DNA of 64,000 nt from Vulcanimicrobiota bacterium (GCA_050250895.1 JBFWNU010000003.1:395302-459301); one strand, 5' to 3'; positions 44,697 through 55,270 are shown, numbered from the stretch's first letter. Notes: generated by a model not told the origin, from the sequence alone. Numbers and translations are program-made.

Positions 44697-45333
44697 TCTT
44701 CTACTGTAGCGACGAAATGTGTAAAAAGTGCATCAGTTTGTACAAAGTTCGCACCACACCCTTGCCTGGAAATGTTACGCTGATTTAACATTCGCCACTC
44801 CCAACCCAAAGACCTCATCAAGTTCGCGGGGCTAATCTCGGGCTAGCCAGACGAATGCGGGGAGTAGTGTGTGAGTCAGCCCGGCCGGTGAGCGCTAAAG
44901 CAGCGAACCCGCCCGGCGGCGTCCGGGCCGGGGCCTGACCGGGCGAGCTTTGCCAGGCCGGACAGCCAGGGCTCGTCCGGTCCGCTTCCCGACATCGCCA
45001 GTTGGGGCCGCCACGGCGAGAACTTCGGACGCCTGACCGAAGAGGCCGTGCGCAACTTCCAGCGTGAGGACGGGGTGGGCGAGGCTAACCAGGGGCAGCG
45101 GGAGGTCAGCCGGGCCCAATCCGTCGCTTCGTCCCAACCTGGGGCGAATTGCCTCGTTCCATGTTCTCGGACTATGCCATCTGGGAGACTTCGGCCGGCC
45201 GGCTCGAAGGACAGGAGAGGCTGGCCGCCCAGCTGGGGATCCGCACGCTGGTTTCGAGCGACACTTACAACTATGCGGCCCGACGCTTTTTAGCCCAGAT
45301 GATGCCTAGCCGGGCCGCTGGGCTTAGTAGGGG

Positions 45334-46422
45334 ATGCCCCTATGGTTGTGGAACCCGGCCCCCATGAGCAGCATGGAGGGGTTTGCCGCTTCCGACCCGA
45401 TCGCTTTCACCAACCTGGCCGTGCCCAGCGCGGAGCTACTTAGTAGCTTCGAAGAATACGGCATGTCGCCTTTCGACGTGCAACACGTCACCCGGCCTCT
45501 GCTGGGAATGTTGGCGGACGAGTCGCCTTTTAAGCTGGTGCGCTACGCCGACGGGGTCTCTTATGACTGGGCCTATCGATTGGCCCTTTCGGTGATGCCC
45601 AAAGGGGGCCTGGTGGTGGGTCAGCTCAACGGCTCGCCGGCAATGTTCGCCGATGGTCTGTCGTGCGAAGACTCCGAGCATATCTATCAGCAGATTAAGC
45701 ACCTGTATGACAATTGGCGCAACACTCCGCGCCTGACCAACGACATTCAACCCGGAGCCAAGACCCACATCGAGGCGCGAGCCAAGGACTTCGTCGCACG
45801 ACTCAAGCAGCCGGCTCGGGTCCTGGATCTCGGCTCGGTGGGGGCCGGGCCGACGCAGTATATGTTCGAGGGCGGCTTCCAAGGGTCATATCTCAAGATC
45901 GATAGCGATACCATCAGCCTGGCCGTGTTGGGTGATATCGCCCGCAAATACCCCGGGGTCAAGTTCGTGGGGGTCTGCGAGTCGTTAGAGAAGCTCGACA
46001 AAAAGAGCTTCAAAGTGCGGGTCGAACAGCGGCTGGGCGGCAAGGCCACAGGCCTGGTCTGCACCCACGTGCTGCACCAGTTGGGGCTGACCAAGATGCC
46101 TCTCGAGGTCTGGTTATCGCACTTCGAGCAGCTGCTTGAGCCGGGCGCACAGGTGCTGTTGGCCGACTTCTACTATCCCGAAAATGTTTCCGACGACGAG
46201 ATCGAACGGTCGCGTCGTATCTTGATGCAGCGGGTCGAGGACCATCCCGAATTAAAGGCCCAGGATTATTATTTCGGTGGGCGCGATGAGTACATCGACC
46301 CTGACGAGGTGCAAGAGATTCTCGAACTGAGTGGCTTTGAAGACTTCAAGCGCTGGTCGACGCCTTCTCTTGACGGGGTGCAGGAAGAGTTCTATGTGCT
46401 GGAGGCCCGGCGCAAGGGTTGA
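45334..46422 (+). CDS. Class I SAM-dependent methyltransferase domain protein
   Basis: RVLDLGSVGAG, HVLHQ, LEPGAQVLLAD; start uncertain. Confidence 0.65.
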   Translation: MPLWLWNPAPMSSMEGFAASDPIAFTNLAVPSAELLSSFEEYGMSPFDVQHVTRPLLGMLADESPFKLVRYADGVSYDWAYRLALSVMPKGGLVVGQLNGSPAMFADGLSCEDSEHIYQQIKHLYDNWRNTPRLTNDIQPGAKTHIEARAKDFVARLKQPARVLDLGSVGAGPTQYMFEGGFQGSYLKIDSDTISLAVLGDIARKYPGVKFVGVCESLEKLDKKSFKVRVEQRLGGKATGLVCTHVLHQLGLTKMPLEVWLSHFEQLLEPGAQVLLADFYYPENVSDDEIERSRRILMQRVEDHPELKAQDYYFGGRDEYIDPDEVQEILELSGFEDFKRWSTPSLDGVQEEFYVLEARRKG

Positions 46423-46715
46423 GAAAGACATTTTCTGTCGAGCTACCGGCCGAGGTGGTCGATTGGCTCGAGTCCCAGCCAGACCGGGGCGCCGATCTCA
46501 TCGAGGGCGTGGCCCGCGAGAAAATGGCCTTTGCCGTCGAGGTCCCGGTTTCTCCCGAGGTCGACGGCTTGCTGATGGGCGTGACCGACCCCGCCTTGGC
46601 GGGGCGCTTGCGGGCCCTGGCTCGGTATCCCCAGTTGATTCAGGCTGTCACTGCGGATTTGGTGACCATCGAGCGGGCCGAGGCCATGGCCGTCGAGGCC
46701 GACAACCGTCGCTGA
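46419..46715 (+). CDS. Small hypothetical protein
   Basis: 4-nt overlap with the upstream gene; RHH-like start (FSVELPAEVVDWLE). Confidence 0.55.
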   Translation: MRKTFSVELPAEVVDWLESQPDRGADLIEGVAREKMAFAVEVPVSPEVDGLLMGVTDPALAGRLRALARYPQLIQAVTADLVTIERAEAMAVEADNRR

Positions 46716-46716
46716 C

Positions 46717-47694
46717 GTGAGGGATTGCTTCCCCAGGCTGGCCCTGGTTCTTCTGCTGGTCGTCGGCCCCGGCTGCCAAAGCGCCGTCACCCCCGAGAGG
46801 CAGTTGACCCCTTTCGCTACGATCGCCCATAAGCCACTCAAAGAGCTGAGCGGAATGGTGGCGAGTCGCACCTATCCCGGCGTGCTCTGGGTCCATAACG
46901 ACAGCGGCAACGAGCCGGCTCTGTTCGCTATCGACTCGGATGGTCGAGTCCTCTTGCCCGAGCCGTGGGCCGAGCGGGGCCACGTCATCGGTGTCAAGAA
47001 ATCCAAGCGCAAGACGCTCTTCGCGGGCGTCCCCGTAGAGGGGGCCTCCAACCGCGACTGGGAGGCCCTGGCTATCGACGGAGATCACCTCTACGTGTGT
47101 GACCTGGGCAACAATGACAACGAACGCCGGGATCTTACGGTTTATGTCGTGGCTGAGCCCCGCCCCGCCACCGCCTCCACCACCCGAGTTCTGAGAAAGT
47201 TACTGGTGGCTTATCCTGACCAGAAAAATTTTCCCCCCGACCGAAACTGGGAGTATGATTGTGAGGCCACATTTGTCTATGACCACAATCTCTATTTTCT
47301 CACCAAGCACCGCCCCAGGACCAAAGCGGAAGGCCCCGTGACCAGCACCAAACTCTACCGGCTGGACACTCAAGACCCCACTCGCGTCAACCAGCTCACC
47401 CTGGTGGAGCGCCAATCCGATCTGGGCGGTTGGGTCACCGACGCCGACCTTTCACCCGACGGCCGCATCCTCGCCGTCCTCTGCGAAGCGCCTGTCCAGT
47501 CGGTGTGGCTTTTCGACACTCCCGCCAGCGGAGATCGATTTCTCTCCTCCCGGGCCAGGCGACTGGTCTTTGCCGGGGCCGGCCAGTGCGAGGCGCTCGC
47601 TTTTGTAGACAATCACCGGCTTCTGATGGGTAACGAGGACAATCAGTTATTCATGCTCGATGTCAAGGCTTTCCCTCCCCACCCCGCTCCGTGA
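46717..47694 (+). CDS. Putative beta-propeller lipoprotein, copy A
   Basis: Signal ending GPGC; ELSGMVAS..WVHNDSG, DWEAL, DLGNN, DCEA, TDADLS, GQCEA. Confidence 0.8.
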   Translation: MRDCFPRLALVLLLVVGPGCQSAVTPERQLTPFATIAHKPLKELSGMVASRTYPGVLWVHNDSGNEPALFAIDSDGRVLLPEPWAERGHVIGVKKSKRKTLFAGVPVEGASNRDWEALAIDGDHLYVCDLGNNDNERRDLTVYVVAEPRPATASTTRVLRKLLVAYPDQKNFPPDRNWEYDCEATFVYDHNLYFLTKHRPRTKAEGPVTSTKLYRLDTQDPTRVNQLTLVERQSDLGGWVTDADLSPDGRILAVLCEAPVQSVWLFDTPASGDRFLSSRARRLVFAGAGQCEALAFVDNHRLLMGNEDNQLFMLDVKAFPPHPAP

Positions 47695-47840
47695 CCTGCG
47701 GGTTCCTGGTCAACCGGCCTCGGCGCGCTGGAGCGAAAGCCACACCACCGGGCGTAGGCCCTGGCACCGACCCACGGCAGGTTGGCGGCCGGGCTATGGG
47801 CTGGGTTCTCGTGGTAATCCAGTAATTCTGCCTTGGTCAT
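47695..47840 (-). pseudogene. Fragment of an FGE/SUMF1-family gene
   Basis: HSPAANLPWVGARAYARWCGFR resembles HPV..VSW.DA.AY..W.G.R; truncated at both ends. Confidence 0.5.
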
Positions 47841-48688
47841 GGGGCGGTGACGGTCGTCACGAAGCGGCCGAGTTCCTGGTTGTTGGAGTCCACTGCCGTC
47901 CAGGTCAGACTGTCGCCTGGTTCGAGACTCCCGTCGGTCGAGAACTGGATGGTGAGGAGCTCGTCGGAAGTCAACGGGACGGTTCGGCGGAATCGAATCG
48001 AGCCGTCAGGCACCTGCTCTTGGTCAAATCCGGCGTCTCCATTGTCGGGGGTTACGAAGTTCGTGTAGCCTGTGACCACCGTATTTAGGTTGTGTTCGGG
48101 ATTTTCAGACTGATTCAACTGGAGGCCCGAGATCTGGTTGTTTAAGGTGCTCGTGGGCTTGAGTTGAAAGTTGAACGACAAGAAATTTGTGTCTACGCTG
48201 ATCGCCACAGCTGCCAGAAACTGGTCCGCCAAATCCTGGGCGATATCCATGAAGTCAGGGTCGTTAATCACTACGTCGCCCATGGGGCTTACCATCACGC
48301 CGAGTCTCGCAATGCCAATCAATCTTCCGGTCGCGGAGAATTGGATCACCAGATCGGTGAGGTCCGTGGGAACATTGTCAAGAATAATCGTGGGTTCCTT
48401 CGGGACGTCGTTTCTAGTAAAGACTGTCGTCGTTACTGGGCTAGAATTCCCGCTTTCGTCCTGAACGACATCGGTCCGCGTCCCGATAAAATTGAAGCTC
48501 GTTACCTCCGCCGGCACTTCGCGATTCAGCAAGTTGAAATTGATCGTGATCCGGCCGAATTGGGGCTGAACCGCCCCAGGGTTGGGATTGCCCTGTAGAT
48601 TGCTACCTTCACCAAAATCGGTGCCTTCTTCGCAACCGGCGAGTCCCAACAGAAACGCGCAAAGCAAGAGTTGAAGAATCCTCTTCAT
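47837..48688 (-). CDS. Lipoprotein of unknown function
   Basis: Lipobox LAG|C; RBS GAGG. Confidence 0.8.
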   Translation of the reverse strand: MKRILQLLLCAFLLGLAGCEEGTDFGEGSNLQGNPNPGAVQPQFGRITINFNLLNREVPAEVTSFNFIGTRTDVVQDESGNSSPVTTTVFTRNDVPKEPTIILDNVPTDLTDLVIQFSATGRLIGIARLGVMVSPMGDVVINDPDFMDIAQDLADQFLAAVAISVDTNFLSFNFQLKPTSTLNNQISGLQLNQSENPEHNLNTVVTGYTNFVTPDNGDAGFDQEQVPDGSIRFRRTVPLTSDELLTIQFSTDGSLEPGDSLTWTAVDSNNQELGRFVTTVTAP

Positions 48689-48886
48689 GGTTGTTCCTCT
48701 CTGGTGTGGCTTGGATTTGCCGATGAAGCTGCATCCTCGTCCTCAAGGAGTTCACCGGGACGTAACTCTGAGCGCCTGGTCGACATCGACCCATGATACA
48801 GGTGCAGACCTTCGCAAGACTTTCCATTTTGTCCGAATTTTGGAGTGTTTTCTCCCATAGCAATGGGCGGGCCGGCCTGACGGGGC

Positions 48887-49834
48887 TCAGGATGGAAACA
48901 TCGAGCGGGTGGCTTCGGTTTTGTCCGATTCGCCATCGAGGACGGGGAGACAAAGGTCGAGGGAGAGCCCGCCGAGAGTCGCGACCACAAGCTTACGGAA
49001 GTCCGTCTTGCTTATGAACTGCTCGGGGTATTCCTCGAGGCCGAACGATGTGCGCAGCCGGAAGGGTGAGGCAGGAAGCCACTTCTCGTAGAACCGTCGC
49101 CAGGCGGCCTCGAGGGCGACGACGCTGCCCTGGGCGTGATGGATCGCCATCAGCCCGGCGGGCAACTCGCGCAGGTGAAAGTGGTTGGGAATGTCGCTAG
49201 AAGTGAACTCTGGCACGAGGACGGCGCTTTCATAGCGATACGTTGGCTCGGTGCAGTTCCAGTCGTCAAACCATAGTCCGAAGTAGCGAACACCGACCTG
49301 GGGAGGCCTGCTCTCGAGCCAGTTCACCAGTTCGGTCCAGGCTTTCGTGATGTCAGAGAGTGTCGAGTAGGTTCGCAGGCAGATGAGCCGCTGCCCTGGC
49401 CAGCGTTCGACCCTCACCGAGGTGGCCTCGCCGCCCTTTGCTTGATAACGCCCCTGGTCGCTTACGAGCAGGGCGCGTCTTCGGAAGAGGTTTGGGGAGA
49501 GGCCAAACAGCTTGCCGAAGGCCCGGGTGAAGCTCGATGGAGTCGAAAACCCGCAGGTGACGGCCACTTCCGAACATGACATCTCGGACGAGAGCAGAAA
49601 GCTGGCCGCCGCCTCCAGACGGAGCCGCATGACGTGGTTCTTGTAGGACTCACCGACAATGGTTCGAAAGGCCAGGTGGAAATGAGAGCGTGACAGCCCG
49701 ACGAGAGCCGCCATCTTGGCGGCGGACGGGGGGTTCGAAAGCCCGGACTCCAGGATCCGCACCGCTTGCAAGACTGAGGACCGAAGCTCAAGTTGAGTCG
49801 TATTCTTCTTGGCCAGATGCGAAAGGTCGAGCAC
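48887..49834 (-). CDS. AraC-family regulator with a GyrI-like effector domain
   Basis: GLSRSHFH..F, RLRLEAAA, CGFSTPSSFTRAF; C-terminal YEKWLPAS. Confidence 0.88.
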   Translation of the reverse strand: MLDLSHLAKKNTTQLELRSSVLQAVRILESGLSNPPSAAKMAALVGLSRSHFHLAFRTIVGESYKNHVMRLRLEAAASFLLSSEMSCSEVAVTCGFSTPSSFTRAFGKLFGLSPNLFRRRALLVSDQGRYQAKGGEATSVRVERWPGQRLICLRTYSTLSDITKAWTELVNWLESRPPQVGVRYFGLWFDDWNCTEPTYRYESAVLVPEFTSSDIPNHFHLRELPAGLMAIHHAQGSVVALEAAWRRFYEKWLPASPFRLRTSFGLEEYPEQFISKTDFRKLVVATLGGLSLDLCLPVLDGESDKTEATRSMFPS

Positions 49835-49980
49835 TCCCCCAGGTCCCCCCGGGGAGACTACTCGACTTTTTATCCCGTTCCTTCTGGAGTGACCGCCGAA
49901 GTGTTAGAGTTGTTGGTTGATGGCGGCCACGGACCTCCACTGAGCCACAGCTCTTTCAGACAACGCGGCCACAGGCCTGG

Positions 49981-50733
49981 TCAAGCTCCTTTGAGGGGCA
50001 GCGACCTTAGAGTTCCTAGGTGAGACGCCTGGGGCGGAGCGTCTAACCAGCGAATATTGAGTAAGCCTCCTGGAAAGCTGTAGCCCGTCTGCCGTTGGCA
50101 CATTTGGGCCAGGCACAGACTCCAGCCCTCGAGCCACATCGACAACTCCCTACGCTTTTCGGCAGTCCCCTCCCACCAGACATAAAGATCGATGTCGCTG
50201 CAGGGACCCGCCTCACCGCTCTCGGTGCTCCCACCTAGATAAAGCGCACTGACGCCGAAACGTTCAGCATCAAGACTTGAGGCGAGTAATTCTGCGTAGG
50301 TCTGGCGCCACCGCCAGTGACCATTGGTTCGATCGGCGGCCGGTCGGTAGAGGAGATCAACCTGCTTCCACTCGAGATATTCCGAGAGCCTCGCAGCGAT
50401 GGTCCGCAGCAGCTCGACCTCTTCGGGCAAGAAAGCCGTCTTTCCCTCGTGGGTGGTGCTGACCTCGACCAGTCCCACCACGACCCCGCCTACCCGCAGT
50501 GGCTCAGAGATCAAAGGGTGGCCCGAGTGAAAACCCGGGCCCGCATAGGTTCGGCCCAGATACTCGATTCGCCCCGCGGTAGCCTCGGGCGCGAGCCACC
50601 CAGTAGGTAGGTGCTCCAACACGCGGGTAAACACTTCGACGGGGGGTAGGTCTCGGCGGACCACGACCTTGTGAACCTCGTACAGACAGGTGAGTTCCTT
50701 GGCTCGCTCTCGGAGGGAAAAGAGCTCGGTCAT
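49981..50733 (-). CDS. Nucleotidyltransferase-domain protein (modules I recall from PEP/pyruvate-binding proteins)
   Basis: LRERAKELTCLY; HWRWR; YLGGS..GEAGPCSDIDL; WLEGWSLCL. Confidence 0.7.
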   Translation of the reverse strand: MTELFSLRERAKELTCLYEVHKVVVRRDLPPVEVFTRVLEHLPTGWLAPEATAGRIEYLGRTYAGPGFHSGHPLISEPLRVGGVVVGLVEVSTTHEGKTAFLPEEVELLRTIAARLSEYLEWKQVDLLYRPAADRTNGHWRWRQTYAELLASSLDAERFGVSALYLGGSTESGEAGPCSDIDLYVWWEGTAEKRRELSMWLEGWSLCLAQMCQRQTGYSFPGGLLNIRWLDAPPQASHLGTLRSLPLKGA

Positions 50734-51626
50734 AGGTGCTCTTCCCCTTCTGGATACAGTCGTCGATGCTCCTGCATGGCGCATCGATCGCTGACGACGT
50801 TGATGCCCACAGCTCGCAGAGAGCCAGCGAACAACTCGTTGCTGATCCCTTCCTGCAACCAGACGGTAGCCGGTCGCGGGTCCAAACTCAGGACATCGTC
50901 CAGATGATCGCCAAGAGCCTGGCTGCGACGAAAAAAGATGACCAGGTCGAGAGGCTCCTCGAGATCCTGAAGAGTGGGGGCGGTCCTTTCAGCAATAGGG
51001 TTGCGGCCCGCCGGCGTAACTCCCAGTAATCGAAATCCGTGGTCACGCAGATACTTGGGGACGTAACGCCCGGGTCGCTCGGGCTTATCGCTGATGCCCA
51101 CCACGGCTACGGTTCTGGTAGACTTAAAAATATGGTCGTACTCCTCTTGTTCGTCGAGCCGTGAGAGAACCGAGACGAGTCCCGAGGCCCGCTCTTGGGC
51201 TGCCTGCCAGGGAATTGGGAACAGTCGCAAGTTAGCCTGGACCAGGTGGAGGCAACACTGAGCAGCCGCCTGCAGAAGGCGCTTACCGACATAGAGATCG
51301 GCGAGCATCGAACTGGGGCAAGACCGGCGCGCCAGCCAGTAGTGTGAGGCCAGTTCCAGACACAACTCGGCGGCCCGCAAAGGACTGGAGGTCGAGGTCC
51401 GAAGTGGTTCCTCAAAAGGTTCTCCCGCCCGGCGCGCCCGCAGATATTCGGCGAAGGCGAAGCCATCGCTGGCGGCCAAAATGCTTAACGCATCCAACAC
51501 CTCGGCAGCCGGTCGGTGGCGACACTTTTGGAAGAGAGCTGCACCCGCTGCTCCCGAACTGATGCTAGCTAGACCAGCCGCGTGGGCAGGGGATGGTCCC
51601 CTCAAGTCCTCAAGCAGTTGTTGCAT
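50730..51626 (-). CDS. Cyclodeaminase-like N-domain fused to a YccU-type CoA-binding domain
   Basis: VAVVGISDKPERPG..V..YL..HG, VWLQEGI, DRC; N-part (SP..AA..S.GA.GAAL, D..AF..Y, PLRAAE, DL.VG) resembles FTCD C-domain. Confidence 0.7.
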   Translation of the reverse strand: MQQLLEDLRGPSPAHAAGLASISSGAAGAALFQKCRHRPAAEVLDALSILAASDGFAFAEYLRARRAGEPFEEPLRTSTSSPLRAAELCLELASHYWLARRSCPSSMLADLYVGKRLLQAAAQCCLHLVQANLRLFPIPWQAAQERASGLVSVLSRLDEQEEYDHIFKSTRTVAVVGISDKPERPGRYVPKYLRDHGFRLLGVTPAGRNPIAERTAPTLQDLEEPLDLVIFFRRSQALGDHLDDVLSLDPRPATVWLQEGISNELFAGSLRAVGINVVSDRCAMQEHRRLYPEGEEHL

Positions 51627-52060
51627 CAGAACCCTTTCGTTTCGACCATGGGTATCGGTCGGGTGTCGTCGGCCAGTAGTTCGGCTACTGTCGAGGCGGC
51701 CAGGACGGATTCGACCTCGGCCATCGCCTTGTCCAGTCGCGCGTGCATCGGGCAGAGTACTCGGCAGTGGGATTTGAGCTTGAGAGGACAACCCCGGACG
51801 CGTGGAATTGGGTCGACGGCCTGCACCACATCCAGGATCGTGATATCCTCGGGGGAGCGACAGAGGGCGGCCCCCCCGCCCACTCCTCGGCGGGACTTGA
51901 CCAGCCCCGCGCGTGCAAGACTCTGCAGGATCTTGGGCAGATAACTCACCGGTACCTGAGACTTGGTCGCCAACGTGCGGTTATCGATCGGTGCCTGCTG
52001 CCCTAGATGGGCCAGCATTACGACGGCCCTGATGGCGTATTCAGCTGTTTGCGAGAACAT
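51626..52060 (-). CDS. Rrf2 family transcriptional regulator
   Basis: MFSQTAEYAIRA, YLPKILQSL..AGLVKSRRG.GGG, CPL..H...CPMH. Confidence 0.92.
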   Translation of the reverse strand: MFSQTAEYAIRAVVMLAHLGQQAPIDNRTLATKSQVPVSYLPKILQSLARAGLVKSRRGVGGGAALCRSPEDITILDVVQAVDPIPRVRGCPLKLKSHCRVLCPMHARLDKAMAEVESVLAASTVAELLADDTRPIPMVETKGF

Positions 52061-52273
52061 AGATCCCTTCGTCCGCCGAGCGGAGGTTCGTTCAATTGTG
52101 GATAATGTTGTAAGATATGTAAATTATTACTCGACCTCAGGACACTGGTCAAGTCATACGATCACTGGTCGAGGACGGCTTGGGCCGGCCATCGACGACT
52201 TGTAGTTTGATCCAGGTCAAGTTTCCAACCGTCCGGCGTGATCTACCCTGGGAAGGCACCGAGGAGGTTCACC

Positions 52274-53836
52274 ATGGATACGGATATACTCATTGTCGGT
52301 GCCGGTCCAACGGGTCTGCTGCTAGCCATCGAGTTGGCCCGGCGCGCAATACCGCACAGGCTGATCGACAAGGCCATTTTGCGGACCCAAGAAAGCCAGG
52401 CTCTGGGCCTACATCCTAGGACACTAGAAGTGCTCGAGAACGTAGGCGTGATTCGGGATTGTCTCAGAGACAGTGTCGCTCTCAAGGCCACCAGCGTCTA
52501 TACTCCTGGGTGCAGCCCGCGACGAATCTCGCTGGAACTCGCGTCGGATTCGAGAATTCCATACCCTGAAATCAGGGTTCTTCCCCAGAAGCGCTTGGAG
52601 TCGATCCTGACAAGACGGCTGGAACAACTGGGGGGTTGTGTCGAGCGCGGCGTGGCTTTCCAGAAGGGGTGGGTGAGTGATGATCTGGTGACGGCTGTCC
52701 TCTCTCATCAGGACGGCGCGGTCGAGAATCTGGCCTGCCGTTTCTTGGTGGGATGCGACGGTCCCTACAGTCGGGTTCGCGCCTCCACCGGAATTGGTTT
52801 CCCGGGCCATACTGAGGAGCTCGTCTACACCCTGGGAGAAGCCTCTGTCGATTGGGCACTCCCGCACGGGGAGAGCTACCAATTCGTGGGCGCAACACGC
52901 TACCTGCTGGCGATTCCCTTGCCACAGCCAAACCGTTTCCGCCTGGCTACATGGGAATCGGCTCCACCCAGTCGCTGTCCAGAACGGGTGCAACACGGCC
53001 CCCTGGTATCTAGTCCATGCTTGGAGGACTTTCAAGCTATCGTTCGGGAGGTAGTGCCGGTGCCAACCCGACTCTCGGACGCGGCCCGACTCACGAGCTA
53101 TCGTGTCGGCGCCAGGCTGGCCCAACGCTTTCGTCAAGGGCCGGTCTTCCTGGCCGGCGACGCGGCCCACATCCTTCCTCCTATCGGTGCTCAAGGCATG
53201 AATCTTGGCCTGCAGGACGCCTTCAATTTAGGCTGGAAGCTAGCAGCGGGAGCGCCCGAAGAGCTTCTGGATAGCTACGAACAGGAACGCCGCCCGATCG
53301 CCGCCGTCATGCTCGAGCAAGCCGGTCGGGCTCTGTCGAGCCTTGACTCTTGGAATGAGCCTCGAGGTTGGGCCAACTTGGAGCGACTCATGCTGGCGAG
53401 GCGCTGGTCTCACCTGGACGCCAACTATCGCACCAGTCCCGCAGTGTGCGATCTGGATATGGATCTGCCGGAGGCCGCCATCCGCGCCGGCGACCGGGCA
53501 CCGGATGGCTGGCTGAAAGAGCCTGCAACCAAGGGCAAAGTTCGCTTGTTCGAACTCTTTCGCGAGCCTATCTATCATCTTCTGACGTTCGGAGACCTCG
53601 AGGAGGTGGCAAACAGGCTTCGCCGCGAGTTTGCGGATCAGATCAAGGTTCACTCGCTTGGGCAGGAGCCCAATCAGGACACGGAAGCATTACTGTCTGC
53701 CTATGGCTTTCGGGGCGCCGGTATGGTGTTGATTCGACCCGATGGGTACGTTGCCTTCCGTGGGCCCGCCAGCCAGGCCCCCGAACTGTTTCGGTTTTTA
53801 GGGTCGTTGCAACTGGGCGGGGAGGTGGCCGTCTGA
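52274..53836 (+). CDS. FAD-dependent monooxygenase (PheA/TfdB-like)
   Basis: IVGAGPTG, LVGCDG, LAGDAAH..PP.GAQGMN.G.QDAFNLGWK, LIRPDGYV; RBS GAGGAGG. Confidence 0.93.
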   Translation: MDTDILIVGAGPTGLLLAIELARRAIPHRLIDKAILRTQESQALGLHPRTLEVLENVGVIRDCLRDSVALKATSVYTPGCSPRRISLELASDSRIPYPEIRVLPQKRLESILTRRLEQLGGCVERGVAFQKGWVSDDLVTAVLSHQDGAVENLACRFLVGCDGPYSRVRASTGIGFPGHTEELVYTLGEASVDWALPHGESYQFVGATRYLLAIPLPQPNRFRLATWESAPPSRCPERVQHGPLVSSPCLEDFQAIVREVVPVPTRLSDAARLTSYRVGARLAQRFRQGPVFLAGDAAHILPPIGAQGMNLGLQDAFNLGWKLAAGAPEELLDSYEQERRPIAAVMLEQAGRALSSLDSWNEPRGWANLERLMLARRWSHLDANYRTSPAVCDLDMDLPEAAIRAGDRAPDGWLKEPATKGKVRLFELFREPIYHLLTFGDLEEVANRLRREFADQIKVHSLGQEPNQDTEALLSAYGFRGAGMVLIRPDGYVAFRGPASQAPELFRFLGSLQLGGEVAV

Positions 53837-55035
53837 GGACAACCGGAGCCAGGATTGTCAGGCCCGGCCACGTCAGCCTGACCGCCGCAAGTGGGCTGGT
53901 CAAGCTCGTTTGCGATCGCCTCGAAGTGATGGTCTTTGACCAGGCCGGGCGTTTGCTCTCGGCAACCATGAACGGAGGCGTCTATCGTCGGGGAACGGAT
54001 GGGAGCATCTTGCGGATCGAGCGTCAGGAGTCAGGCACGGTTCGTTACCATGACACACGCCGGCTGGATGTGGGCGAGGCCGACCAATTGTTACACCAGA
54101 TTCACCTCCGACTGCATGCGGCGCGAAGCCTTTTGGGGGATGGGTTCACGCCTCTGATGCCGGCCACGACCATCAATCTGAAGGCCGATGCAGCGATCTT
54201 CCAAAAACTCTACCGAGAGGTCGGAATTCTCCCTCCCGATCGTTATCGAGCTCTGGTGCTCAACCTTACCGAGGGCTGTTCCTACAACCGCTGCAGTTTT
54301 TGCAGCTTCTATCGCAACAAGACGTACAGAGTGCGTTCTACGGAGGTGTTTCGCCGCCACGTCCAAAGCATCGTGGCGGCTTTCGGTGCTGGTCTCGCTT
54401 ATCGACGTGGCATTTTCCTGGGGCAGGCCAACGCAGCCAGTCTTGCCCTTGATTCTCTGCTGGGCGCGCTGGCGACTATTCGGGAGATGTTTCCCTGCAA
54501 GTGGACAGACCTGTCGGGCCGACCTCGCCATCCCCTCGATTTCGAGCGAGTCTCGGCTTTTTTGGATACCTTCACGCGACCCCGTCGCTCGGTCCAGGAC
54601 TGGGTGTTATTGCGCCGAGCTGGATTGGATTCTGTCTATCTCGGGGTCGAGAGCGGTTCGCCCCGGGCCTTGAAACTGCTGGGCAAGCCCGGAGCGCCTC
54701 GCCATGTTGGAGAGCTGGTGTCGCGACTAAAACAAGCTGGCGTGAAGGTGAACGTCATCATTATGAGCGGCGTAGGGGGACGAGAGATGGCTCAAGAGCA
54801 CATGGCTGCCACCACGGCCCTGCTCAACTCGCTTCCACTGGTTGGCGAGGATAGGATCCATATCTCCGAGATGGTTGTGCAGCCCGGATCCAAATATTCT
54901 CGCACCGACTTGGAGCACCTCGACCGTGTCGCTTGCCGACTACAGACCCGAGCAATTAGGGCCGGGTTGAGCTTTCCTCAACCACCTCGGGGCCCTGCGG
55001 TAACTTTGTATGACATCCGCCAATTTGTCTATTGA
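53833..55035 (+). CDS. Radical SAM protein (start uncertain)
   Basis: GCSYNRCSFCSFY (CxxxCxxC), YLGVESG. Confidence 0.85.
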   Translation: MRTTGARIVRPGHVSLTAASGLVKLVCDRLEVMVFDQAGRLLSATMNGGVYRRGTDGSILRIERQESGTVRYHDTRRLDVGEADQLLHQIHLRLHAARSLLGDGFTPLMPATTINLKADAAIFQKLYREVGILPPDRYRALVLNLTEGCSYNRCSFCSFYRNKTYRVRSTEVFRRHVQSIVAAFGAGLAYRRGIFLGQANAASLALDSLLGALATIREMFPCKWTDLSGRPRHPLDFERVSAFLDTFTRPRRSVQDWVLLRRAGLDSVYLGVESGSPRALKLLGKPGAPRHVGELVSRLKQAGVKVNVIIMSGVGGREMAQEHMAATTALLNSLPLVGEDRIHISEMVVQPGSKYSRTDLEHLDRVACRLQTRAIRAGLSFPQPPRGPAVTLYDIRQFVY

Positions 55036-55270
55036 TTGGTCGATGCTGTTTGCGTCCCGCTACCTCAGGGTCTCGTAATACGGGCTAGAGGGAATGCTCT
55101 TCCATTGGGGGCCTTGCCTCCTGGCCTCTCTTTCCGGCGTCTGCCAAGCGCTCCGGTTCACGGCCGGAATCGACTATGAGTTGTTGTCTGTCCGGCTTGG
55201 CTGTAGGGACCAACAATGGATGGCCGTCTAACCAGCCATTTCGTCAAGATTATTTGGCCGTCTTGGCCGA

